This document shows, piece after piece, positions 24,816-36,554 of a stretch of DNA of 64,000 bases; position 1 is the first letter of the stretch; every line of letters begins with the position of its first letter. The notes beneath the pieces were generated by a model. It was not told where the DNA came from. It saw only the letters and a program-made list of their open reading frames with translations, and searched no databases. Origin of the DNA: Tubiluchus corallicola (lineage: Eukaryota; Animalia; Priapulida); assembly GCA_030141605.1 (NCBI GenBank), contig JAQGDQ010000119.1:1-64000 (forward strand), in the 5' to 3' direction. A program made the translations under genes and the position numbers.

Positions 24816-25110
24816 CCAGTCAAAGTTATTGTTCCGTCTCTAACATCAGAAAAGTAACCAGTCAAAGTTACTGTTCCTTTTCTAATATCAGAAAAGTAAC
24901 CAGTCAAAGTTACTGTTCCTTCTCTAACATCAGAAAAGTAACGAGTCAAAGTTACTGTTCCTTCTCTAACATCAGAAAAGTAACCAGTCAAAGTTACTGT
25001 TCCTTCTCTAATATCAGAAAAGTAACCAGTCAAAGTGACTGTTCCTTCTCTAACATCAGAAAAGTAACCAGTCAAAGTTACTGTTCCTTCTCTAACATCA
25101 GAAAAGTAAC
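24816..25110. repeat. 42-bp minisatellite, 7 copies
   Basis: Unit CCAGTCAAAGTTACTGTTCCTTCTCTAACATCAGAAAAGTAA. Confidence 0.93.
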
Positions 25111-25283
25111 TAGTTGTAGTTCATTAAAAATAGCTGTTACATGAAGTTATCATATCTGCTGTGGGCATGAGACCAGCAAACTTCATGCTAGAACGAAGTC
25201 ATGCTGCTCACTTGCATGGCAGAAACTTCTGTATAACAACAGCTGACTGTACCGTACTGGAAGATAAATACAATATTTATACG

Positions 25284-25663
25284 CAGGGGCTATAGCCTAG
25301 CGAACCAAAGTTTGAGGGCGTCACATTTTAGAAAAAATTCTTAATCTCCTCAGAAGATGTGTATACTTTCATATTCATGTAAAAGGCCCATTTTGTAGCA
25401 CACCACAGGGAATTACTGAGAGCAGCTTTTATATAAGTGCCGCATAATGAACAGGAGTAAGGTGCTACAGAACAAGCAGTTGCACGGCCTGTTTGAATAT
25501 AAGTGCATTTCAAATACATGTAATTAATAATAACTATGTAGAAACTAGGTTAATACACCACAAGCCATTGCTTAATCTGCTTATTACATAAGCAACCATA
25601 GATGCACAATAGAGATGACAGAACTCTCAGCCTAGGGCATTGTAAAGTCTTGATACGCCCCTG
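25284..25663. mobile_element. hAT-like MITE
   Basis: CAGGGGC...GCCCCTG termini; 8-bp TSD TTTATACG/TTGATACG; inverted relative at ~37803-38115. Confidence 0.75.
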
Positions 25664-25976
25664 TTGATACGATGTGCAAGTAATAAACTTTTTGGTTTGT
25701 TTCTAGACAAATGTTTCCATTAGAAGTCACAACAAAAAAGAAACCTTTACAGTTATTTCTAAAAAATTCTAAGTTGTTTCCGTTCCAGTTCTACAATTTT
25801 GGAACTAACTACATTCGTAATGTGTTACTCCCACACTGTTTATATCTAAAGGTTCTTAGTTAACTTAATTCTTCATTTACTGATTCATTTTAGCTGATTA
25901 TGTCTTCAATTTATTTCATTTTAGTTTTCATTAGCACTGAGCAGCTTGGTCCTAGCAATCAAGCACTGTGAAAGAA

Positions 25977-26322
25977 ATGATGGCACCGGTGCTGACATCT
26001 ACACGCACAAAACATAATCTATGGAAGCTTCTTCTCATACTGGTATCAAAGCGTACAGTTTATGCCAATCGCGTAATCCGGTGTCAGTCAAATCAGTGGA
26101 CCTCACAAAGCGTACGTCGCACGTTTATCGATTACTTCGTCAACGAGTGCAAACATGTCTTCGTCCCATCAGCTTCCGTCGTACCCCATGATGATCCTAG
26201 TCTCACTTTCGTCAATGCAGGCATGAACCAGTTTAAGAGCATCTTCCAAGGAACGACTGAGACGGATGGTCATTTTAACTATAAGCGTGTTTGTAACAGC
26301 CAGAAATGCATCAGAACTGGAG
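25977..26322 (+). CDS. AARS2: Mitochondrial alanyl-tRNA synthetase, coding exon 1
   Basis: Basic, acid-free presequence-like N-terminus, then VRRTFIDYF...HVFVPSASVVP.DDPSLTFVNAGMNQFK...NSQKCIRTG; donor G|gtgaga. Confidence 0.9.
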
Positions 26323-26639
26323 GTGAGAGTAGTTGAAGACTGGTTATATTGTTGCTTGTTCTGTGACTTCTGTGTGTTTACGAAAGACAGGACAGAAATA
26401 AAAGTAATAAAAATTTATGCAAGTTCAATTGTACATCACCAGTTCCATTTGTGTCCTATGCAAATTCCATTGTACAGTAAGTCCTCGCACGACTCCCAAT
26501 TTAGCGACATTTTGTTTTAACGATGCTGACCATTTGACATCTTTTTTCATTTAATGACGCACGTTTCGTGTAAAGGATGTTTTTTTTACTTTGGTGAAAG
26601 TTATTTTTATTTTAAATTAAGTAAGTTAAAGAGAGAGGG

Positions 26640-26671
<32 letters not shown>

Positions 26672-27112
26672 CAGACAAGTGTAAGAAAAGTGAAGAGAAA
26701 AAGAAAGGCAGTGAAAGAGAGGAAAAGACAGAAAGGAAGAATGGAAAAAATTGCAAGAAAAAAGAAGAAAAGAAAATTGATGAAGATTCAGTATAAATTT
26801 TGTTTTCTTTCTTAAAGAATTCCATCACTATCTTTTTATGGTCATAAACGTCGTTATCAATATGACGTCATAGCGGTTGCTGTTTTTATCATTTGTTCTT
26901 TTCATCAATTCAGCTAGTAGCTTACCGTAATAACAACTACAATTAGAGAATTACAACAAATTACAAGAACAAGATTATAATTGAATTACAAAACTTCCGA
27001 GTCATCCATCACTAACGAGAATAACTGGTGGATCGTGGAACATGTAGATTTAGTCACTAATATCAGATCTGATACTCGTCGAAACAAACGTCTAAACTGG
27101 TTAAACTGAACA

Positions 27113-27210
27113 CAGTAAGTCCTCACTTAACGACGCTAATGGGTTCCAACAAAGTGCGTTGTTAAAACGAAACTTCGCTAAATGGGGAGTAGTTAAGCGA
27201 TGACTTACTG
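27113..27210. mobile_element. 98-bp internally deleted family B MITE
   Basis: TIRs CAGTAAGTCCTCACTTAAC / GTTAAGCGATGACTTACTG+TA. Confidence 0.75.
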
Positions 27211-27509
27211 TAGTTTATAAGATGGCTTTGTCAAGTAGGAGAGCATTACAAAACAGAACTGTTGATCTAACTTTCATAATATTTCTGGTTGCAGCTCTGA
27301 TCTATCGAGCTTGCAATAAATTTGATATAATTTCGTCTAAGTACATTTGTGCAGGTTGAACATTATTAGAGCAGTGAAAAACATCAGAGTGAGGTCAAAA
27401 TGTCATGCGTTTTAACTTTTAGTTTGATTTTAACTTTAAAAAACTGCAAGTAAGTGTGTTAACAAGTCAAGTTTTTATGCAATATTTAAAATGTTTTCTT
27501 TACCACTAG

Positions 27510-30121
27510 GTAAGCACAATGATCTGGATCATGTCGGCCATGACACATACCATCACACCTTTTTTGAAATGCTAGGCAACTGGTCCTTCGGTGATTACTT
27601 CAAGAAAGAGGCATGTGCCATGGCTTGGAACCTGTTGACAAATGTATACGGTATTCCGCGTGACAGACTGTACATCACTTACTTTGCCGGAGACGCTAAA
27701 CAGCAACTGGAAGAAGACGTGGAATGCAAGCACATCTGGTTAGAATTAGGCGTGCCAAAAGACCGGATTCTCCCATTTGGAGTGGCGGATAACTTTTGGG
27801 AGATGGGAAATGTAGGACCGTGTGGTCCGTGCACTGAGATTCATTACAATCACACCAATGAAAATGTAATAAACAGAATTAACAAAGATGATCCGAACGT
27901 GATTGAACTTTGGAATTTGGTTTTTATGACTCATGAAAGGCAGTGTGAGGGCAGTCTGAAACGTCTGCCTCGGCAGCATGTTGACACGGGAATGGGGCTA
28001 GAGAGACTAGCCGCCATCTTGTTAGGTAAATCGTCAAATTATGACTCTGATTTGTTTACGCCTCTCTTCTCTGCCATTCAGGAAGGCTCAAAATGCCCTC
28101 CTTACATGGGACGGTTTGGTAATGCCGATACTACTGGGATTGATACTGCTTATAGAACACTGGCGGATCATGCGCGGATGGCTGTCGTGGCAATAAGCGA
28201 TGGCGTTCGCCCCTATCATGGCGGTGGTGCTCCCGGAATGCTTCGCAAAATCATGCGTCGTGCATTCATGATATCTATGCTGTATTTCGGAGGTAATCGG
28301 GGGTTCTTGGCTAGCCTTTTTCCGGTAGTTGAGCAGAGTCTAGGAGACGCTTTCCCGGAAATTACTGCTCAATCGGATCTGATAAAAGACGTGATAAACG
28401 AGGAAGAGAGTAAGTTTTCTGACGTGTTTGATAAAGGTCAGAAGCAATTTGCAAAAATTGCAAGTAAACTCAATGCTAGAAGCAGCTTTGAGCTCTCTGG
28501 GCACCACGCCTTTGAGCTGAACCACGATTTTGGGCTTTCAAAAGAGATGATCATGTACTTTGCTCGGTGTCACGGTTTGAGTGTTAACATGAATGAGTTT
28601 GAGAACCTCTTAGAGCGGTCAGAAAATGTCCCTAGTACACGAGAAAGGCTTATTAATCAAATGAGGAATATGAATATTCCAAGCACCATCGACGACCATA
28701 AATATGATTATACTTGTGATTGTGGCACATATAACTTTCCAACAATCACCAGTGAAATAATGGCGATCGTGGCGGACGATTGTTTAGTAGATTCTGTGAG
28801 AACAGGAAGTGAATGCGCTCTCATTTGTGATCGTACAAATTTTTATTCAGAATCTGGCGGACAGGCGAACGATATCGGTGTGATAAAATCGGATTCGTTT
28901 TCGTTCAGCGTCAATGCCGTAGAAATTGATGCCGGTTACGTGTTTCACAAAGGAACAGTTCTTTCAGGTGAAACTTGTGTTCATGATAAGGCGTCGCTGA
29001 GCATTAACGAGGCCGTTAGACTGAATCACATGAAAAATCACACGGCTGCACATCTACTGCTGTATGGCCTGAAAAGGGTGCTAGGTGGCAGGATTACGCA
29101 GGAAGGTTCACAGATTTCCGAAGATAAAATTCGCTTGGACGTCGTCTCTGAGAATAATCTCTCCGTCGAACATGTAGAACAGACAGACTTATTAGTTAAT
29201 CGGCTGATTTCGGACGGTCTTCCAGTTTATCGCAATCAAGTAAATCTGTCAGCAGCATTGCAGATACCAAATCTTGTGACTTTACCTAGACAGAATTACC
29301 CCACAGATGTGACTGTTGTGTCTATTGGTGAGACCCCAAGTGAAATTGATGCCGAATCTGATTGCTCTGCTGAATTGTGCTGTGGAACGCACGTGTCAAA
29401 CACATCTCATTTGGGTCGGGTCACTATCGTCCGCATGCGCACCGAAGCTAAGGGCGTTAAACGAATTATAGCAGTTACTGGCAAACATGCCAAGGAAACA
29501 TTGCAGAACTTACACAAGCTAGAAGCAGATATAGACAATTGTGCAGCCATTATGAATACTAGTAATTTTGTTAACTGTGCAAACACATTACAAACCATTA
29601 ACAGAGAAATAAATCGGTTACTTCTGCCGGCATGTAAGATTCCTTTTCTGTTACAAAAAGCTGGTGACCTTAAGCGCGGATTAAAGTCAATAGAACGCCA
29701 GTACTGGAACGAAATATTAGCGTTCGCAATAGAAGAAATGGCGGCTGTGATAGAAAGTACTGTAGACCCGTATGTAATACATAAACTGTCTTGTAATATG
29801 AACAAAGTTGTATTGAATGATCTTACAAACACGTGGAGAGAAAAGCCTCTACTCGCTTACGGTTATAACGAAATTGGTAAGGTGGTTTTTGGTGCGTGTG
29901 CCGTGCCTGAGCATTTTGTGAACTCAGAAGTTGGCGCTAGAAAGTGGCTGGAGTCAATGGCCGAAGGCCTGGCGATTAGGACGCAGGCTTGGACAAGCAC
30001 GGACACTGGACAGACCGTGGATGAAACTATGCTTTACTGTTTTGAAACAAGAAGAATAGACGAAGTTGAAAGAGGCATGAATGCGGCTGTACAATTTGCT
30101 AGAAAACATTTTGTTGGCTAA
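27510..30121 (+). CDS. AARS2: Mitochondrial alanyl-tRNA synthetase, coding exon 2 (joined CDS 985 aa)
   Basis: cactag|GT completes GGKHNDL; HHTFFEMLGNWSFGDYFK, DNFWEMG..GPCGPC, VDTGMGLERL, TNFYSESGGQ, editing motifs HTAAH and ELCCGTH. Confidence 0.93.
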
Positions 30122-30513
30122 ATGCTAACTCTATCTTAAGCTTGTTTAACTATTATATGACAGAAACAATTTCTTATGACAAAAACAATTGTCACATTGT
30201 GCAAGCTTTAGTACTTCTAATTTTGCTTTTTGTCCCATTTTTAAAGAATCTTTTCATTCTAGCTTATTTTGCGCTAACAAGTGGATTTTTCAGCCGTAAC
30301 GATGGTCATGTGTAAACGTGCACTAAATGGCAGACATCATTTATCCTCGAACAAACTCCAGCTTTTGACATATCACGTCAAGATTATTATTGTTACTTGT
30401 TCTTGTGACTTCTGTGTGTTTATGAAGACAAGGCAGAAATGAAGTAATGAAAATTTATGCAAATTCAATTGTACGTAACCAGTTCCACTTGTGTTCTATG
30501 TAAACTCCTTGTA

Positions 30514-31228
30514 CAAAGACGGCTTAACGACTCCCCATTTTAGTGATGTTTCGTTTTAACGACGCTGTCTATTTGACACTTTTTTTCGTTTAATGACGTA
30601 TGTTTCGTTTAAACGACATTTTTTTTACTTTGGTCAAGGCTATTTTTGTTTTAACTTTTTTATCTAATTTGAAACATTACAACAGTATGTTTTGCATTAT
30701 TCTGTTCTAAAAGTTCACTATAGTAATGCAAAAGAGTACTATTATTTATGTTTTTGCTTCCGGAATGACTGCTAAACTTTAATGCTACTGTAGCCTGATT
30801 GTATCAAGTGAGATCTATTTGCAATTTATACTCATCTATATACTCTATATTAAGCACCTGCGTGCAGCTAAATCTTTGTGCAAAGGAATTTTGTCTACAA
30901 CCTGTTGCTATCGCAACAAGTATCCAGACAAAAATTGTCTTAATGCAGTGTTTAACTGCGGTTAGCTTCAAGGTTAAGGAAAGAGAGGCCAGTACCTAAG
31001 TAGCAGTAAGAAAAATAGGTAGTTTCAAGCAAACAGAAATTAATCATTTGAAATATGAACACATAAAATCTTTAATTATATGAATTGAGCAGGACTGACG
31101 CTTGCCTCTGAACATTAGTTTACTTTTCACGTTAGTTTTTATGGAAGTTGTGGTTCTATTTAATGACGTTTCGTTTAATAATGCGTTTTGCTGGAACACA
31201 TTTAGCGTCGTTAAACGAGGACTTGCTG
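30514..31228. mobile_element. Tigger/pogo-like MITE (family B)
   Basis: TA-flanked; right end GTCGTTAAACGAGGACTTGCTG; left end shared with 26475-26615. Confidence 0.7.
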
Positions 31229-31804
31229 TACCTAGTTGATGTATAGTTAATACCAAGTAAGCTACATTTTAGACTTTAGTTTAGCTTTTCTACATACAGA
31301 TGACGCCACTGTGCAGCATTTGTACCAAATGGCAGTATTTCTGCATAGTAGATTGCTTATTTGTTGCAGTTTCTGCCTGCAAAACTTCGAGCTGGGTAAA
31401 CTAGCTGAACATTTCAATTAACAAGTGCAATAATTACACGATTAGCTAATCATAAATTATAATTAGCGATATAAATTTTAATTATTTTTAACGTTTTATC
31501 AATTTTATTTACATGAGAATAACAACATTAAAATTTTAGCAATTCACTTCAAACTAGCCTTTCCAGTCACATAAAAACACAAGTTTATTTTAAGAATTAA
31601 ATTAGCATGTACAACATCAACAAAACATTAATGAATTGCAACTGTACATTCATCACACACTGTAGAAAAACAATGATTTTACCTGCATACACCAAATATT
31701 ATGATCAACATTTAATAAGCTTAATAACAATTAAATACTTGAGAATTTATTATGCGTACGTTTTCATTAAGGTTTGTGAACATTTGTTTCATTCCCAGCA
31801 AATT

Positions 31805-32020
31805 TACGCATGCGCACAACAGCCACACACCGCATTGCTGGAGCGCGCCGTGCTGGGCTGTGAAGCAAACAGTACTACTCTCAAGTGCTCTGGTTCCGTA
31901 CAAAGTATAAAGAAAGAACTAAAGAAAAAATACTTATTATTTTTAATATTATCGATAATATCGAGTGAAAATAGGGTATGCTGCAGTTCCACAGTACCTA
32001 TACGCGAGCCGTCACTGAAC
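31805..32020. repeat. Dispersed repeat with inverted copy at ~48860-49150
   Basis: GCATGCGCACAACAGCC...GAAGCAAACAGTAC...TTCCGTACAAG found on opposite strands at the two sites. Confidence 0.75.
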
Positions 32021-32649
32021 AAGGTAAAATCCTTTGTCAAACCACTCACGAGCCGTGAGACATTCAAGGCAAGATGTCCGACTTGCGACTGAATTGATAG
32101 CTAAGGCTCCCTTGACTGAAAGTTTGAGACTTGACAGATCTGATATCCAGTAATTTTTTATAAGTAGGCTGAAATTACACGAGACTGAAGACCTTTAAAC
32201 GCCCTTCGTGATCTTGAAATAACAATTAGAGAATGTTGTGAGAACGCTTAGCTGCAAATGTTTGCCGATGTTTGAATTGCATGTGTTAGTCATTAGCTAA
32301 AGTGCTTCGGACAAGGTAGTGAAAATATTGAAGCCTAGCAGTACAGTAGTTGTTTTCAGATTTTGTCTAATTTGAGCAGAAAAAATACCCAAGGTTTTAG
32401 TTCATCTGTACCAACTTTCTAACATTTTGCTTTGTTTGTTGGAAAAATGTCAAAAGCAAAATGTATATTGATTTCTGAGACACCCTGTACAACATTAACG
32501 ACGTAGTAAGTAAATTACAGTACAGACAAAAACACAAGAAAATACAGATGGTAGCAATATATATATATACGAAAACTTGAACATCACAATTTTACACTTT
32601 AGCTGGGTCATAGTGAACTGCAAGCGTAATGCCTAATTAAAATACACTT

Positions 32650-33760
32650 TAAACCTTCCCAACTACTAGTGCCTACTAGTGCCTCTAGGGGATACGAGCG
32701 AACACCACAAGGGGTACCTGAGAAGCCTCCTAGACGATTTTAAAAAACTAGTGTTATATAATAATCAGACTGAAGCGCCTCCTAGAAACAACATCAGTAA
32801 CCGAATTTTTGTGCAGTCAGCTGATACGCGAGTCATACCCGGTTATGGCTCGAGAAGCCATTTCTCTTCTAGTTACGTTTGTAACTAGCTACCTGTGTGA
32901 AGCCATTCCTGTTCTAGTTACGTTTGTAATCAGCTACCTGTGCGAAGCCATTCCTGTTCTAGTTACGTTTGTAACTAGCTACCTGTATGAAGCCATTCCT
33001 GTTCTAGTTACGTTTGTAATCAGCTACCTGTGCGAAGCCATTTCTGTTCTAGTTACGTTTGTAACTAGTTACCTGTGCGAAGCCATTTCTGTTCTAGTTA
33101 CGTTTGTAACTAGTTACCTGTGTGAAGCCATTTCTGTTCTAGTTTCGTTTGTAACTAGTTGCGTGTGCGAAGCCATTCCTGTTGTAGTTACGTTTGTAAC
33201 CAGCTACCTGTGTGAAGCCATTTCTGTTCTAGCTACGTTTGTAACCAGCTGCCTGTGTGAAGCCATTTCTATTCTAGTTACGTTTGTAACTAGTTACCTG
33301 TGCGAAGCCATTTCTATTCTAGTTGCGCTTGTAACCAGCTACCTGTGTGAAGCCATTTCTGTTCTAGTTACGTTTGTAACTAGTTACCTGTGTGAAGCCA
33401 TTTCTATTCTAGTTACGCTTGTAACCAGCTACCTGTGCGAAGCCATTTCTATTCTAGTTGCACTTGTAACCAGCTACCTGTGTGCAGCAGGGTTTTCAAC
33501 GAAGGTGACAATCAAAACAAAGCCCGAAACCGTTTTGACATCCGCGGAGACACGAGAGTCAGTCTGACGAAAACTGAACCTCGATTCAAAAAGTTAGTTT
33601 CTGCTATGCAACAGCAGCCATCTCATTTAGTGCACTTGATTGGACCAATACGTATAAGATATATCATAAAAATATTCATGACCTTACAAAAAGTGTTGGT
33701 TCTTCATTTTTCTTATAGCGGGCGAAAGGGTACCAGGTACCAGGACTTAAAATCATCTGG
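32650..33760 (+). mobile_element. Deleted hAT (Buster/Charlie-type) transposon with C-terminal transposase relic
   Basis: YPVMAREAISLLVTFVTSYLC..AGFS...IKTK/ARNRFDIRGDTRVSLTKTEPRFKKLVSAMQQQPSH is the hAT dimerisation domain; frameshift near 33520; GGGTAC subterminal motifs. Ends approximate. Confidence 0.8.
32854..33483 (+). repeat. 45-bp minisatellite, 14 in-frame copies
   Basis: Unit GAAGCCATTTCTGTTCTAGTTACGTTTGTAACTAGTTACCTGTGT (EAISVLVTFVTSYLC). Confidence 0.96.
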
Positions 33761-33851
33761 ATTACGATACGTGGAATTCCCATAAAGAGAAAGTGAACAA
33801 TGGTCGCACAGAGCCGTTTGCTGCAAGGAAATAAAGGCATAAAATGTTAAA

Positions 33852-34140
33852 TCAAAACTGGACCCAATGTTAAACTGTAAGTGAAAACAATCGACTCTTT
33901 GAAAATATTGAAAGGGAATATGTTATTTTTTAAAAAATGACCTTACCACGCAAACACAATCTTCGCGTTCTCCTCCACTAGTTCTTCGCTGTCACGTGCA
34001 TTTCGCCAATCGCTAGTTAGACGGACACTAGCGCCTGCATTTCGGAAACGCATTACGCAAAAACCAGGTGCTGTGCTCAGTTAAGATGTGTTAGTTTGTT
34101 GTGAAAATGGCGGACGCACAGAACACTTGCTGTAAATTTT
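33852..34140 (+). mobile_element. Family A partial copy
   Basis: CAAAACTGGACCCAATGTTAAACTGT... colinear with 59946 onward. Confidence 0.7.
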
Positions 34141-34239
34141 AACAATAGTGACAATTTTTTCGGCATTGTTTTTTTGACTTCTTGAATTGAAACTTCTGTT
34201 TCTTTGCAAAAACCTAATAGAATAACAGAAAATCTTTAA

Positions 34240-34909
34240 AGCACAAGAAAACCCTCCATTTATGTAAAGCTTAAAAAATTCGTCTTTAAATTTTATACCA
34301 CTTACTGCCTTTTTGCATATTAGACTTGCGTCGGCAATAACGCTGTATAAAACATGTAAATTTAAACTCCCGCGATGACCGTTAGACGCAGCCATTTTGA
34401 CGACAGATCATTTGAAACAAATTTAGATAACATTCAGTAAAGTTTGAAAAAACAATCAGAGCATTCGTACCTCACACGTCACTAACAAAGTAAAATTTAA
34501 AGTTACTGTATCTTGTCAATAAGATTAAAAATACGTCTTTGATTAGTGAGTGGCGCACCCTGGAGGGGAGTCAGCGACATTTTACCAATTGTTGAAAGCT
34601 TTTTAAATAATTATTAATTTTCTTTTCAAGTTACATAAGTCTTTCAAGCGAAATGCTAAGTAACACAACTTTGCATGGAAAGTTTTTTGGGACATAGTTT
34701 AACATTTCCTTTTCTTCCCCTGATTTACGTTTGCGTAGTGATGTCATGTAATGGCGACTTGAGAACAGTATTGTGGAAAATTTAAAATGAAAACCAACAA
34801 AAATTCCTTTCAGTGTAAGTTCGATATACGCGTAAAATTGCTGTAAAGTAATATAATTTCTTAAGGCTATTTTTCTGAAACCTACTTCAGGTACGCATTT
34901 TCTTGTCCT
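34240..34909 (+). mobile_element. Family C non-autonomous element (Kolobok-like)
   Basis: TTAA TSD on both sides; TIRs AGCACAAGAAAA / TTTTCTTGTCCT; copies at 44744-45423 (inverted) and 58457-59117. Confidence 0.82.
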
Positions 34910-35936
34910 TTAACGTTTATAATCAAGCGTCCGTAACTTCAATATGGTAATTTTCGAGCGATTCCTTCGTATAAAGATCATGATCAAAACGTCGGCGCAT
35001 ATTTTTTGCGCCACCAGATACAATACAGCGCGTAACGCGCACACTCGAATTCAACAGGTATTACGCTTTTTGACTGGGTGATTTTTGTGTACAATCGGCA
35101 ACTCCCCCCCCCCCCCCACAGCTTAATAAGCTTTTTCAACCTTCTACGGAAACGTGAAAGGGAGTTTCTTTTAAGCAGAAAAGAGCCTACTAACATTTAT
35201 ACATAGATACAATTAAATATCGAGTTGGTCGTCTTACACTTCTCTAACATAACTAGATTTAGCTTTTACAATGTCAAACTTTACTAACTTTGCTTAAGTG
35301 AGCGAAGCTTTCTGAAGTGGAGCTATTATGTATACTCTCATTACTTTGGCACCATGCCAACACAGATGAGAATCAGTAACGTCCAGCAAAATGCTTAGGC
35401 CACTTAGACATGCTTAATTGCGAGGAAGTGGGCCTCTTTTACTATCATACGCCCATTTCCTTTGTGGCCTCTTGGTCTGTAGGACAATGTTTTTAGGAAG
35501 GTCAAATATAGTGAAAATTATTTAAAACGTATATGTACAAATAAATAATCGTTGAAATATTATACAAAAGTTGGTAGCACAGGCTCACGGACATAGGCAT
35601 GACACACTTATTGAAGCCTATGACCAATATGGCGTGATCCATATATCCAAATAAAATATTTTCCCATTTCATCCTGTCATTTTACTTTCAAGCACAAATA
35701 CACAAAACATCACTATAGATATTTATCATTGTAGATACGTCACATAGAGCATGAAATGGCATTATAACACGTTTTATGAATTACATTCACTTGTACCCGT
35801 GCACATTAAATTTCATTTATCCAGTCTGCCACCAGGGCCCAGCACCATCTACATCATTTTGCAGCCCTGATGTACACACATTAGCAAAAACAGTTAGCAA
35901 ACCATTCATTTTCTGGCACAAAAAGGGTCTATTCGT

Positions 35937-36554
35937 CTACATATTTGCATGGTCAGAGTTGGGACAGTCCGCAATGACGTCATCAACAGACACTGGTCTA
36001 TCATCTGCTAGCAATCTTTGCATCCTCTGCTCGTTAGTGCTGCCATCTGCTACTGGCAGTGACTGAGTCATGTTCGAATTATTTCCAGAAGCATTTCCGG
36101 CTTCAACGTCCATCTTTTGTTCACAAAGAACGTCATTTTCCGGGACATTTTTGCACCGATGCAAATACGCCAGCGCACTCTGGTAACGCCAACAACCGAC
36201 AAATATCATTATCATGCCCAACAGAACCACAGTCAATGCCAGGTACCATCCGGCTTGTTCTATTAATGCCAATATGGCCGTCACCCCAGCTCCTAGTACC
36301 AATAATGCTATTCCAATGCCAAAAACTGTCTTGCTCTTCGATGCTTTTTGTTTGTTCATGGCTCGCTCTTCGGCACTGATCTCACAGAACGCACTTTCGA
36401 CGACAACAACGGGTTGTGGTGCTTCTGCTGCTGCTGCTGCTGCAGCAGCTGCATCCTTGAGTTGCTGTTTGGCGAGTCGCCTCCGCTTGTTGCGTCGTTT
36501 TTTCTCTTTCTTCTCCTTTTCTCGCATGTATCGGTCATAGTTAAAAAATATCAT
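35937..36554 (-). CDS. Unrecognised 205-aa protein with two adjacent transmembrane helices
   Basis: ATG in GCAGCCATGA context; unique, GC-richer sequence; Lys/Arg-rich N-terminus, poly-Ala, hydrophobic segments VFGIGIALLVLGAGVTAILALI and WYLALTVVLLGMIMIFVGCW; candidate upstream acceptor at 37087. Confidence 0.72.
   Translation of the reverse strand: MIFFNYDRYMREKEKKEKKRRNKRRRLAKQQLKDAAAAAAAAAEAPQPVVVVESAFCEISAEERAMNKQKASKSKTVFGIGIALLVLGAGVTAILALIEQAGWYLALTVVLLGMIMIFVGCWRYQSALAYLHRCKNVPENDVLCEQKMDVEAGNASGNNSNMTQSLPVADGSTNEQRMQRLLADDRPVSVDDVIADCPNSDHANM

Noticed and set aside
22549-25976. Peptide deformylase gene downstream of COG8, as in vertebrates
   Set aside because: No GxGxAAxQ, EGCLS or HExDH motif seen in the ORF track; the next gene is AlaRS.
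32809-33567. 252-aa multi-pass membrane protein ORF
   Set aside because: Product of an in-frame 45-bp array within a frameshifted transposase relic.
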